A stretch of 64,000 bases of DNA from Gemmatales bacterium (GTDB lineage: Bacteria; Planctomycetota; Planctomycetia; Gemmatales; HRBIN36), in the NCBI GenBank assembly GCA_041640595.1, contig JBEPZY010000001.1:832001-896000 (forward strand). Direction: 5' to 3'. Of this stretch, positions 17,071 to 26,515 are shown piece by piece; the first letter of the stretch is position 1, and every line of letters begins with the position of its first letter. The notes beneath the pieces are model-generated. The model made no database searches. It was not told the DNA's origin and saw only the letters and a program-made list of their open reading frames with translations. A program made the translations under genes and the position numbers.

Positions 17071-18750
17071 ATGACGTACGAGGAACTCTGGCGTTCCTGG
17101 AATCCATGGCAGTTCATACCCGAACGGTTCAATCTTGGGGTGCACTTAACGCAGACCCAGGTGGAACGGGGGCTGGGAAACAAATGGGCGATACTCTGGG
17201 AGAACGCCCACGGAGACACCGAGCGGTTCACCTACGCCCAGCTGGATGCCCTGAGCAATCGCCTGGCCCGTTCGCTCAGCCAGCTCGGCGTTCGTCGCGG
17301 CGACCGTGTGCTATTGCGCCTTCCTAATGTGCCGGAGTTTTACATCGCCGCGCTCGCCATCGCCAAACTTGGTGCCATCTTCATCCCGACCAGCACGCAA
17401 TTCCGCCAGGAAGAAATCGCCTATCGCTTGAAGGACACTGAAGCAGTAGCCGCCATCACTACCCTGCATTTGTTGCCGGCACTGGAGGACGCAGCGGCAA
17501 GTATTCCGAGCTTGCGACACCTTATTGTCGTTGCCTACCCGGATAGGCACCAGCCGATTCCCAATCGTTACGAGGACTTCTGGCATCTGGTGGAAAGTGG
17601 CAACGAGAATTTCGTTCCGGCGGAGACACGCCACGATGACATCGCTTTCATCGCGTACACGTCGGGCACAACCGGCGAGCCGAAAGGCGTTGTTCACCTG
17701 CACCGATACGCTGTAGCTTACGAAAGCCTGGTGCGGTTCTGGCACGATTATCAGGCCGATGATGTTGTTGCCTGTCCGTCGGAACTGGGCTGGTTGTTGC
17801 CGGTGGCCAGCACTTTTTTGTACGCGCTCTCGCATGGGCTGACGGTGGTCTTATACGATCCGCTGGGCGGTCGCTTTGACGGCGAGAAATGGTTACAGTT
17901 GTTCGAGAAATATCGCATTACTAACTTCACTGCTCCGCCGACGGTGTACCGCATGCTTTTACTGGTGGCAGATCGGGCACAGCGTTATGCCCTGAGTTGC
18001 TGGCGACATGCCGTCAGTGCCGGTGAGCCCCTGGCACCTGATACGATCCAGGCGATGGAGCGCATTTACGGCGTGGTGCCGCTGGATGGTCTGGGAATGA
18101 GCGAATGTATGGTGTACTGTTTCAACATGGTTGGGCAGAAAATCAAACGGGGTAGTTGCGGACGTCCTGGTCCTGGCACGGTTATCGAATTGATGGACGA
18201 GCAAATGAAACCGGTTGGCCCGGACAGTCCAGGGGTTCTTTGCGTGCGTCGGGACACTCATCCCGGCATGATGAAGGAGTACTGGAACAAGCCAGTGCAA
18301 ACGGCGGAAGTGTTTCGCGGCGAATGGTACTGGTCGGGCGACGTGCTCGTGCGAGACGGTGACGGCTATTTCTGGTTTCAGGGGCGGGCCGACGATGTCA
18401 TCAAGGCCAGCGGTTACCGCATCTCACCGTTCGAGGTGGAGTCAGCTTTGCTGACGCACCCGGCAGTGCATGAAGCAGCTGCTGTTGCCAGTCCCGATCC
18501 GATACGCGGCAACGTTGTCAAAGCGTTCGTGGTTTTGCGTCCCGGCTATGTACCCAGCGAGGAATTGTCGGCACAGATTCAGCAACATGTACGTGGCCGC
18601 ATCGCCGCGTTCAAATGCCCCCGAAAAATTGAATTTATCGAAGCCCTGCCAAAGACCACCTCGGGCAAAATTCGGCGACAGGAGCTGCGGCGACGCGAAT
18701 TCGCCCAGGCTGGAACACAATCATCCTGCGATGAGCCTGCCTCACGGTGA
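17071..18750 (+). CDS. AMP-binding acyl-CoA synthetase (medium-chain/aromatic acid CoA ligase-like)
   Basis: YTSGTTGEPKG, SAGEPL, GRADDVIKASGYRISPFEVE and LPKTTSGKIRR. GGAG RBS before ATG 17071. Confidence 0.92.
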   Translation: MTYEELWRSWNPWQFIPERFNLGVHLTQTQVERGLGNKWAILWENAHGDTERFTYAQLDALSNRLARSLSQLGVRRGDRVLLRLPNVPEFYIAALAIAKLGAIFIPTSTQFRQEEIAYRLKDTEAVAAITTLHLLPALEDAAASIPSLRHLIVVAYPDRHQPIPNRYEDFWHLVESGNENFVPAETRHDDIAFIAYTSGTTGEPKGVVHLHRYAVAYESLVRFWHDYQADDVVACPSELGWLLPVASTFLYALSHGLTVVLYDPLGGRFDGEKWLQLFEKYRITNFTAPPTVYRMLLLVADRAQRYALSCWRHAVSAGEPLAPDTIQAMERIYGVVPLDGLGMSECMVYCFNMVGQKIKRGSCGRPGPGTVIELMDEQMKPVGPDSPGVLCVRRDTHPGMMKEYWNKPVQTAEVFRGEWYWSGDVLVRDGDGYFWFQGRADDVIKASGYRISPFEVESALLTHPAVHEAAAVASPDPIRGNVVKAFVVLRPGYVPSEELSAQIQQHVRGRIAAFKCPRKIEFIEALPKTTSGKIRRQELRRREFAQAGTQSSCDEPASR

Positions 18751-18822
18751 CCACGGTCGTGTCCTTTCGCGGCAAACACACTCAGTCGGCGCCTTGCAGC
18801 TTAGTGCCGCAACGGTTTTTCC

Positions 18823-18850
18823 TTGACCGGCCCTGATGTGGCCATAAACT
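18823..18850 (+). promoter_or_regulatory. Sigma70-like promoter
   Basis: TTGACC-N16-TAAACT upstream of the DUF1553 operon. Confidence 0.4.
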
Positions 18851-18989
18851 ATCAATTTAGGGCGACCGTGAGAAAAAGATCATTCACGGGCAAAGCCGCT
18901 GATGCGACGATAATCCTTCCAAACCTTCCCTCAGTTACTTGCCTTCCTTCACGTGTGCGGTGAACCTGCCCAAAGAGCCGGAGGAAACG

Positions 18990-21900
18990 ATGCAACGGTA
19001 CATGGCGAACGCAACGGTGTTGGCGTGTTTACTGGTCGCGACATGGGGCTGGCTCGGCTTTGAAATTGGGCCAGAATTCGCGCTGGGCGCCGATCAGTCC
19101 AAGCCTGCCAAGCCATCGGCGCCATCATCGCCCGCTGTTGCTGCCAAGCCTTCCAGCCAACCGGAAGCCAGTCGGTCCAATCGGAATGATCCGAATTTGC
19201 GTGCCGGCCTGGAATTATTCGAAAAAAGGATTCGTCCGGTATTAGTTGCGGAATGCTACCAGTGCCACTCGGCCCAGGCGGAAAAATTGCGAGGCAAGCT
19301 GCGGCTGGATTCCCGCGAGGCGATGCTCCAGGGCGGTGCATCCGGCTCCCCTGCGGTGGTTCCTGGTAAAGTCGAGGAAAGCCTGATCATCGCGGCCTTG
19401 CGGCATGACGGTATCGAGATGCCGCCGAAAAAGAAGTTGCCCCAGGATGTGGTCGCCGATTTTGAGCGCTGGATTCGCCTCGGGGCACCTATGCCAGCGG
19501 AAAGCAAACCCGGTTACGCTGGCGACGTTTCCGAAGCAGGCCGCAAGCACTGGGCTTTCCAACCGCTCCGTCGAGTGTCCGTCCCGACCGTGCGAAACTC
19601 GCAGTGGTGTCGCAATGAAGTGGACTGTTTTCTGCTGGCAGCTATGGAAGCAAAAGGAGTTCAACCCCTTGCTGATGCGGATCGTTACACTCTGCTGCGT
19701 CGGCTATATTTCGACCTGGTCGGTTTGCCGCCGACCCCAGAAGAAATCGCCAGTTTCATTAACGACACGGATGCCAACGCGGTGGAAAAGGTAGTTGATC
19801 GCCTGCTGGCCTCGCCGCATTTTGGCGAACGATGGGGTCGTCACTGGCTGGACGTTGTCCGTTACGCCGACTCCAACGGCAAGGACGAAGATTTTACCTT
19901 TTACAACGCCTGGCGTTACCGTGATTACGTAATTGCCAGTTTCAACCGCGATAAACCTTACGACCAGTTTGTGCAGGAGCAGATTGCCGGCGATTTATTA
20001 CCTGCCCGCTCACCCGAGGAACGCGACGAGTTTTTGATTGCTACTGGATTTCTGGTCATCGGGCCGAAAGTGCTCGCCGAGCGCGATAAGGCCAAGTTGC
20101 GCATGGACGTGGTGGACGAGCAATTGGACACGATTGGCAAAGCGTTTCTCGGTTTGAGCCTGGGTTGCGCACGCTGTCATGATCATAAGTTCGACCCGAT
20201 TACGACCCGCGAGTACTACGCACTGGCTGGAATTTTCACCAGCACCGTCACTCTGGAAGGCATCAAAGGCAACAATGCGGTGATTTCGGGCTGGGTAGAA
20301 CGACCCTTGGGCATAGAGGGCGAAAAACGCCTGCAGGAATACCTGGCGTTCAACAAGAAACTGGAACCATTGCGGCAGCAATTGAGTAAAGCCGAAGCTG
20401 AGCTAAAAGCTGCGGAAACCAAGACCGGTATGCGTTTGGTCGCTGGTTTGCCCGGAATCGTCGTTGATGATACCCAGGCACAGAAAGTCGGCGAATGGAA
20501 AAGTTCTACTTACGCCCAACCGTATGTCGGTCAGGGCTACGTTCACGATGACCGCAGCGGTAAGGGACAAAAACGGATCATCTACACGCCCAAACTTCCT
20601 AAAGCCGGCGAATACGAAGTGCTCATTTCCTATACCACGGGCGATAGCCGCGATACTAAGGTGCCGGTGATCATCCGGCACAGTCGCGGGGAGACGGTGG
20701 TACACGTCAACCAGCGACAGAAACCCAGCGTGGACGGCTTGTTCCAACGCCTGGGGACGTTCCATTTCGAGGCTGGGACAAGTGGCAGCGTGACTATTTC
20801 CAACGCCGGGACGACGGGTCACGTGATTGCCGACGCGGTGCTATTCCGTCCCGCAGGTGAGCTGGCTAAAGACCCGGCCATGCAGGAAATGCTCAGCGGT
20901 GTGCCCGAAGCAATTGCCCAGCAGATTCGCGCTACCCAGCAGCGGATTAGCGAACTGAAACAACAAATCGGCCAGCTGGAAGCCCAGCGGCCACCGCAGC
21001 CGGACATGTGTATGGCAGTTCGTGAAGCTGCCAAACCGGAAAATTGCCGCATTCACATTCGCGGCAGCCATCAGCATCTCGGTCCGGAAGTACCGCGTGG
21101 ATTCCCGAAAATTTTGACGCGAGGCACACCGCCGACCATTCCGCCGGACCAAAGTGGCCGTTTGCAGTTAGCCGAGTGGCTCACTACTCATGCCAGTCCA
21201 CTCCTGGCACGGGTGACGGTCAATCGCGTCTGGCAGCATTTGTTCGGCGAAGGGCTGGTGGCCAGCGTAGATAATTTCGGCACGACCGGCGAAAAACCGA
21301 CTCACCCGGAACTGCTCGATTACCTGGCCGATGATTTCATTCGTCATGGCTGGTCGGTGAAGCGGCTGATTCGCCAGCTGGTGCTTTCCCGTGCCTACCA
21401 GCTTTCCAGTCGCATACCACAACCGATTCCGCCCCAGGTGAAGCATAACTTAGCCGTGGACGCGGAAAACAACCTGCTGTGGCGAGCCAATCGCAAACGT
21501 CTAGAGGCGGAGGTGCTGCGGGATGCGATTCTCTACTTCAGCGGTCAGCTCGATCTCACGATGGGCGGCTCCACGGTCACGGAGTTTTCTGAGTGGGCGG
21601 TTGGTCCCAATGCACGCAGCAAACCGGACCTGGAAAAAATCCGCCGGCGAAGCGTGTACTTTCCTCTCATACGCAACGACCTGCCGCCACTTTTCCAGGT
21701 TTTTGACTTCGCCAACGCCGATGTTACTACCGGTCGTCGGGACATCACCAATGTTCCCCCGCAGGCACTCTTCATGCTGAACAGTCCGTTCGTATTGCAG
21801 CATGCGCAGCTCGGAGCCAAGCGGCTGTTGCAGGAAAGTAAAAGCGATCCAGAGCGCATCCAACTCGCCTATGTGAAATTGCTTGGCCGACCACCTGCCG

Positions 21901-22052
21901 ACCAGGAAATCCGTGAGAGCCTGCAATTTCTCAGGGACTATGCCAAAGAACTGGCTCCGCATTTGAAGGCGGGACAAGACCCCGAATTGGAAGCGTGGAC
22001 CGCCTTCTGCCAGGCACTCATCGGTTGCACGGAGTTTCGTTATGCCGACTAA
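18990..22052 (+). CDS. Planctomycete cytochrome c / DUF1549 / DUF1553 protein with inserted golvesin/xanthan-lyase CBD-like domain
   Basis: Signal peptide, CYQCH, HWAFQP, GERWGRHWLDVVRYADS, CARCHDHKFDP, PTHPELLD and RRSVY. GGAGG RBS. Confidence 0.92.
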   Translation: MQRYMANATVLACLLVATWGWLGFEIGPEFALGADQSKPAKPSAPSSPAVAAKPSSQPEASRSNRNDPNLRAGLELFEKRIRPVLVAECYQCHSAQAEKLRGKLRLDSREAMLQGGASGSPAVVPGKVEESLIIAALRHDGIEMPPKKKLPQDVVADFERWIRLGAPMPAESKPGYAGDVSEAGRKHWAFQPLRRVSVPTVRNSQWCRNEVDCFLLAAMEAKGVQPLADADRYTLLRRLYFDLVGLPPTPEEIASFINDTDANAVEKVVDRLLASPHFGERWGRHWLDVVRYADSNGKDEDFTFYNAWRYRDYVIASFNRDKPYDQFVQEQIAGDLLPARSPEERDEFLIATGFLVIGPKVLAERDKAKLRMDVVDEQLDTIGKAFLGLSLGCARCHDHKFDPITTREYYALAGIFTSTVTLEGIKGNNAVISGWVERPLGIEGEKRLQEYLAFNKKLEPLRQQLSKAEAELKAAETKTGMRLVAGLPGIVVDDTQAQKVGEWKSSTYAQPYVGQGYVHDDRSGKGQKRIIYTPKLPKAGEYEVLISYTTGDSRDTKVPVIIRHSRGETVVHVNQRQKPSVDGLFQRLGTFHFEAGTSGSVTISNAGTTGHVIADAVLFRPAGELAKDPAMQEMLSGVPEAIAQQIRATQQRISELKQQIGQLEAQRPPQPDMCMAVREAAKPENCRIHIRGSHQHLGPEVPRGFPKILTRGTPPTIPPDQSGRLQLAEWLTTHASPLLARVTVNRVWQHLFGEGLVASVDNFGTTGEKPTHPELLDYLADDFIRHGWSVKRLIRQLVLSRAYQLSSRIPQPIPPQVKHNLAVDAENNLLWRANRKRLEAEVLRDAILYFSGQLDLTMGGSTVTEFSEWAVGPNARSKPDLEKIRRRSVYFPLIRNDLPPLFQVFDFANADVTTGRRDITNVPPQALFMLNSPFVLQHAQLGAKRLLQESKSDPERIQLAYVKLLGRPPADQEIRESLQFLRDYAKELAPHLKAGQDPELEAWTAFCQALIGCTEFRYAD

Positions 22053-22710
22053 TCGCTCACTTGCCGCAAAAAAGTCGCCAGCACTACGCCCCGCTCGCGC
22101 ATCTTCTGATCTCGAACGCAAACGGCTCACCGTTGAACAGTATCTCAGCCTACCGGAGGATGATGAAAAAAGCGAGTTGATTGACGGGGTGCTCATCGTG
22201 TCGCCAAGCCCGGGTTTCTGGCATCAGGATGTATGCGGGGAATTGTTGTTTCTGCTCAAACGCTGGGTCCGTGCCCATGACTTGGGGCAAATCTGGTTTG
22301 ACCTGGACATGGTGCTGGACGAAAAACGCGGCATCGTGTACCGCCCCGACCTGGTGTACTTGAGCAAAACGCACCTCCACCGTCTTCGGCGGGAACGCGT
22401 CTTCGGCCCTGCCGACCTCTGCATAGAAATCATTTCCTCCAGCGATAAACCGCAGGTGCTGCTTCGCAAACACCAGGATTATGCCCGTTACGGCGTTCGC
22501 TGGTACTGGGAAATTCACCGCCGGGAGCAGGACTGGCAATTGCTGGAGTATGAGTTGGGCCAGGCACAGGAGTATGTGCTGCGGCAAGAGCTAACGGGGC
22601 AGGACTGGTTTGAGCCGGGGCTGTTTCCGGGGCTGATTTTCCGGCTTGGCCCTCTGGCAAGCGGCGAGTACAAGCAAGCGGTAAAGGGTCAGGCGAGACG
22701 GTTGTTATAA
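22042..22710 (+). CDS. Uma2-family (DUF820) PD-(D/E)xK endonuclease, copy 1
   Basis: TVEQYL.L, ELIDG.L..SPSP...HQ, RPDL, DLCIEIIS and K...YARYGV. Confidence 0.9.
   Translation: MPTNRSLAAKKSPALRPARASSDLERKRLTVEQYLSLPEDDEKSELIDGVLIVSPSPGFWHQDVCGELLFLLKRWVRAHDLGQIWFDLDMVLDEKRGIVYRPDLVYLSKTHLHRLRRERVFGPADLCIEIISSSDKPQVLLRKHQDYARYGVRWYWEIHRREQDWQLLEYELGQAQEYVLRQELTGQDWFEPGLFPGLIFRLGPLASGEYKQAVKGQARRLL
22155..22673 (+). repeat. Direct repeat copy A of the Uma2 duplication (partner 22824..23342, offset 669 bp)
   Basis: Long near-identical nucleotide stretches at a constant 669-bp offset. Confidence 0.9.
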
Positions 22711-22722
22711 TTCGGGCGGTGC

Positions 22723-23379
22723 ATGCTGGAGGGCGAAATGATGTCAGTGGCGACGGGGCAGAAACGAACGAAGCAGCAGCGACTGGTGCCTCGGTGGACG
22801 GTGGAGCAATACCTGGCCCTGTCGGAGGATGATGAGAAAAGCGAGTTGATTGACGGGGTGCTCATCGTGTCGCCAAGCCCGGGTTTCTGGCATCAGGACA
22901 TCACGCATCGGCTTCTGCACCTTCTCGAACGGTGGGTTTACGCAAACGATCTGGGGCAAATCTGGTTCGACCTGGACATGGTGCTGGACGAAAAACGCGG
23001 CATCGTGTACCGCCCCGACCTGGTGTACTTGAGCAAAACTCACCTCCACCGTCTGCGGCGGGAACGCATCTTCGGCCCTGCCGACCTGTGCGTGGAAATC
23101 ATTTCCTCCAGCGATAAACCGCAGGTGCTGCTTCGCAAACACCAGGACTACGCCCGTTACGGTGTTCGCTGGTACTGGGAAATTCACCGCTGGGAGCAGG
23201 ACTGGCAATTGCTGGAGTATGAGTTAGGGCAGGCACAGGAGTACGTGCTGCGGCAAGAGCTAACCGGGCAGGACTGGTTTGAGCCGGGGCTATTTCCGGG
23301 GCTGATTTTCGGGCTTGGCCCCCTGGCAAGAGGCGAGTACAAAAAAGCTGTCAAGGGCAAAGCGCGGCGGATAATCTGA
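22723..23379 (+). CDS. Uma2-family (DUF820) endonuclease, copy 2
   Basis: Same motifs as copy 1. Start could be 22738 or 22741. Confidence 0.9.
   Translation: MLEGEMMSVATGQKRTKQQRLVPRWTVEQYLALSEDDEKSELIDGVLIVSPSPGFWHQDITHRLLHLLERWVYANDLGQIWFDLDMVLDEKRGIVYRPDLVYLSKTHLHRLRRERIFGPADLCVEIISSSDKPQVLLRKHQDYARYGVRWYWEIHRWEQDWQLLEYELGQAQEYVLRQELTGQDWFEPGLFPGLIFGLGPLARGEYKKAVKGKARRII
22824..23342 (+). repeat. Direct repeat copy B of the Uma2 duplication
   Basis: Near-identical to 22155..22673. Confidence 0.9.
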
Positions 23380-23398
23380 AATACTCTGGAGATGTGCC

Positions 23399-24787
23399 AT
23401 GACCTGGACACGCAGAGAATTACTGCAACGGGCGGCATGTGGCTTTGGTTACCTGGCTTTCGCAGGACTTGCCGCTCAGGCATCGGCCAGTGACAACCCA
23501 TTGGCCCCGAAACCACCGCATCATCCGCCGCGAGCAAAGCGGGTCATTTTCCTGTTCATGCACGGCGGCCCTTCACACGTAGATACATTCGATTACAAGC
23601 CGAAACTCCAGCAAGATGATGGCAAGGATGCCCCGGTTGATCCGAAGACCTTCAACGCTTCTGCCGGCACCAGCAGGCGGCTAATGGCCAGCCCCTGGAA
23701 GTTCCGTCAGCATGGGGAAAGCGGCCTGTGGATTTCCGAGCTGTTTCCAGAAGTGGCTCGGCACGCAGACGAGCTATGCGTCATCCGCAGCATGCACACC
23801 AACGGGCAGAGTCATGGCCAGGCAGTTCTGATGCTGCATACCGGAAGCGAGAATCTGACCCGGCCTTCGATGGGTTCGTGGATCGTGTATGGTCTGGGTA
23901 CGGAAAACAGCAGTCTGCCTGGCTTCGTGACCATTTGTCCGCCCCGTGGACATGGTGGTGCCCAGAACTACGGTAACGCTTTCCTGCCCGCCATTTATCA
24001 GGGCACCGCCATCGGTAATGCTGACACACCTGCCAGCGCTGCCCAGATTCGTTTTTTGCATCACCCTTATTTGCCGACGGATGTACAACGTCAGCAACTC
24101 AATTTCCTGCAACGGCTCAATCAGGAGCACCTTCGGCGGGCTGGCGAGGATGAACAGTTGGAAGGAGTAATCCAGTCGTATGAACTGGCCTTTCGTATGC
24201 AGCGGGTCGCACCGGAAATTCTCGACTTGTCGCGGGAGTCGGCGGCGACACGCAAACTCTACGGCATTGACGAAAAGCCGACCGACGACTTTGGTCGGCA
24301 ATGTCTGATGGCCCGTCGGCTGATCGAGGCCGGTGTCCGTTTCGTACAGGTGTCGCATAGCTTCAAGTGGGATCAGCACGGTAACCTGAAGGCTGGACAC
24401 GAACGCAACGCTAAAGAAGTGGATAAACCTATCGCTGCTTTGCTGACCGACCTGAAAGAGCGTGGCCTACTGAAAGACACCCTGGTCCTGTGGGGCGGTG
24501 AGTTTGGCCGAACGCCCATGGCTCAGGGCAAGGACGGTCGCGATCACAATCCCCAAGGGTTCACCATGTGGCTGGTAGGGGGTGGTGTCAAATCCGGTTT
24601 TGCTTACGGCAACACGGATGATTACGGACACAAGGCGGTCGAACATCCCGTGCACATGCACGACCTGCACGCGACCATCCTCTGGCTGCTCGGCCTGGAC
24701 CACGAAAAACTGACCTTCCGCTATGCCGGTCGGGACTTCCGCCTTACTGATGTCCACGGTCGGGTCGTGCACGACATTATGAGTTAG
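23399..24787 (+). CDS. DUF1501 domain-containing protein (Tat-like signal)
   Basis: [44 protein letters not shown] and [11 protein letters not shown]. Confidence 0.92.
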   Translation: MTWTRRELLQRAACGFGYLAFAGLAAQASASDNPLAPKPPHHPPRAKRVIFLFMHGGPSHVDTFDYKPKLQQDDGKDAPVDPKTFNASAGTSRRLMASPWKFRQHGESGLWISELFPEVARHADELCVIRSMHTNGQSHGQAVLMLHTGSENLTRPSMGSWIVYGLGTENSSLPGFVTICPPRGHGGAQNYGNAFLPAIYQGTAIGNADTPASAAQIRFLHHPYLPTDVQRQQLNFLQRLNQEHLRRAGEDEQLEGVIQSYELAFRMQRVAPEILDLSRESAATRKLYGIDEKPTDDFGRQCLMARRLIEAGVRFVQVSHSFKWDQHGNLKAGHERNAKEVDKPIAALLTDLKERGLLKDTLVLWGGEFGRTPMAQGKDGRDHNPQGFTMWLVGGGVKSGFAYGNTDDYGHKAVEHPVHMHDLHATILWLLGLDHEKLTFRYAGRDFRLTDVHGRVVHDIMS

Positions 24788-24964
24788 TGCACCGCTTTCC
24801 CAACGCAACCACCGCGAGCCATCGCAACGCCCCGCGAAAAAACGGTGAAACTAGACGCCAAGCCCCCAACGCTGGCTAATGAGCGTGCCGCTCCGGTTAG
24901 TTGAGAGCAACCGAATTCAATCTGACGGATGCTCTTTCGGCCAATGAGCCTGTAACCGGCGCTG

Positions 24965-26014
24965 CTAAAAGCCCAGCAGTTTCGTATTGAAAGGCGTGGT
25001 TGTTCCCACCTGGGGTTGCTGTCGCCACCGCCGATCGCCGGCGAGGTATCTATCGAGGTAGCTACTTATCCACTCCTCGGCTTTGTAGTTGGCTACGCCC
25101 GTCAGCAAACGATGACCAACAAGTTTGCTTTTGATGACGTTAGTACCGGTGCCTCGTTCTTCGTATTTTTTCCTGAGCGTTTCTGGACGAATGTATGTCA
25201 AGGTTCGGCTCCAGGCGGACTGACTGCGTTTATCCTCGACGCTTACGTTATTGGCCATAGGCGTGTCTCTGAGGTCCGGCACTTTGCTGAACCAAACGCC
25301 AAGGCGAGTTCCCAGAGGCAAAGAATTCAAGGTATCGCGGTAGCTGTAGAAGATGAAGGCAACCAGGTCTTTACCCTGCGGCTCGCTGGTTGGCAAATTG
25401 GGATCCTTGCGGCGCTGCAGATCAACGTATTCCGCGTAAGCCCAGGCAAGTGCCAAAATAGCAGTCTCTTCGCAGGCGACGATCACTGTGCTGGCCGAGT
25501 TGCAATCACCGCCATTATTGGCCAGGTTCAGCCAATCCTTGGCGGCAATCAAATCGTTGCCCATGCTGAGAAAATGCTGTATCTGAGTAAACTGCTTGGC
25601 ATCCACAGTCGAGGGTGGGTTGGCGCGATTGACGGGCAAATTGATGGTATCCCAGAACTTCGGCTCCACCTGGATGCTTTCGCCGTAACCACGAAAGTCA
25701 AAGGTGAGCACCGCGTATCCTTTTTCCTGCAAGGCCTCGATGAAAGCTGGCGGGAAGTTCTTGCGGCTGAGGGTGTCTTTGGTGTCAGACCGTCCCACCG
25801 CGTGCAATAGCATGATTACCGGCCCATTACGTCCTTTGGGGGAAGGATAAAAGTCCCCCACCAATTTCACGCCATCCGGAGTTGTCGCATTGAATTTCTG
25901 TTTTTCCGGAAGTTTTTTATCCTGGGCCGGAACACTATCCTGGCGGAGTCCAAGCAGGGCTAAAGCAATTGCGAGGGCCAACCCTGATCCCAGCAGTTTT
26001 GCAGACCGCACCAT
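24965..26014 (-). CDS. Secreted alpha/beta-hydrolase-fold protein, atypical nucleophile elbow
   Basis: Signal peptide, TPDGVKLVGDFYP, VIMLLH and GYAVLTFDFRGYGES. No GxSxG motif. Confidence 0.75.
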   Translation of the reverse strand: MVRSAKLLGSGLALAIALALLGLRQDSVPAQDKKLPEKQKFNATTPDGVKLVGDFYPSPKGRNGPVIMLLHAVGRSDTKDTLSRKNFPPAFIEALQEKGYAVLTFDFRGYGESIQVEPKFWDTINLPVNRANPPSTVDAKQFTQIQHFLSMGNDLIAAKDWLNLANNGGDCNSASTVIVACEETAILALAWAYAEYVDLQRRKDPNLPTSEPQGKDLVAFIFYSYRDTLNSLPLGTRLGVWFSKVPDLRDTPMANNVSVEDKRSQSAWSRTLTYIRPETLRKKYEERGTGTNVIKSKLVGHRLLTGVANYKAEEWISSYLDRYLAGDRRWRQQPQVGTTTPFNTKLLGF

Positions 26015-26515
26015 CACGCACCCCACTTTCTTTTCCAGGGTTAGTTGCTGTTGCCATCCTCGAAGCAATCTTGCTGAATCTATAACGCCCGGTCGTCTCA
26101 ACCTTGCTCCTGTTTCTCATGGTAGTTGCTGCCATAAACCCAGTCAAGACGCACACGAGAAGGGCGCAGCCTTCGTCAGATGTTCGCAATTAGTGCCGCC
26201 GATACTGACATCGCAGGACTTCATCGGTCGGCCATCCTGCGCGCAATGACGGCTCCGAGCAAGCCAAATCTCGCGCCCGATCCCCGTCATCGTGCCATAG
26301 TCGGCCATCTATTACCCAAAGAGGGTCTAGCTCCGAAAATCCAATGCTGCCCTACGAAACGGTGGTTCCCTGTAGCCACCTGCCTTACCCCAAACTTGAT
26401 TTCAGGACGAAAAGCATGAGGTTGACCGAGAAGCAGAGCCAGGGTATAGTGGCGGCTGTCATCTTGTGGGCAGATAAACACGGGAAAGCGAATCCCAGGG
26501 GTGGATAGTTAGACA

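Noticed and set aside
22155..23342. Diversity-generating retroelement (TR/VR) interpretation of the Uma2 repeat
   Set aside because: No reverse transcriptase in the window, both copies are intact genes, and the differences are not adenine-specific.
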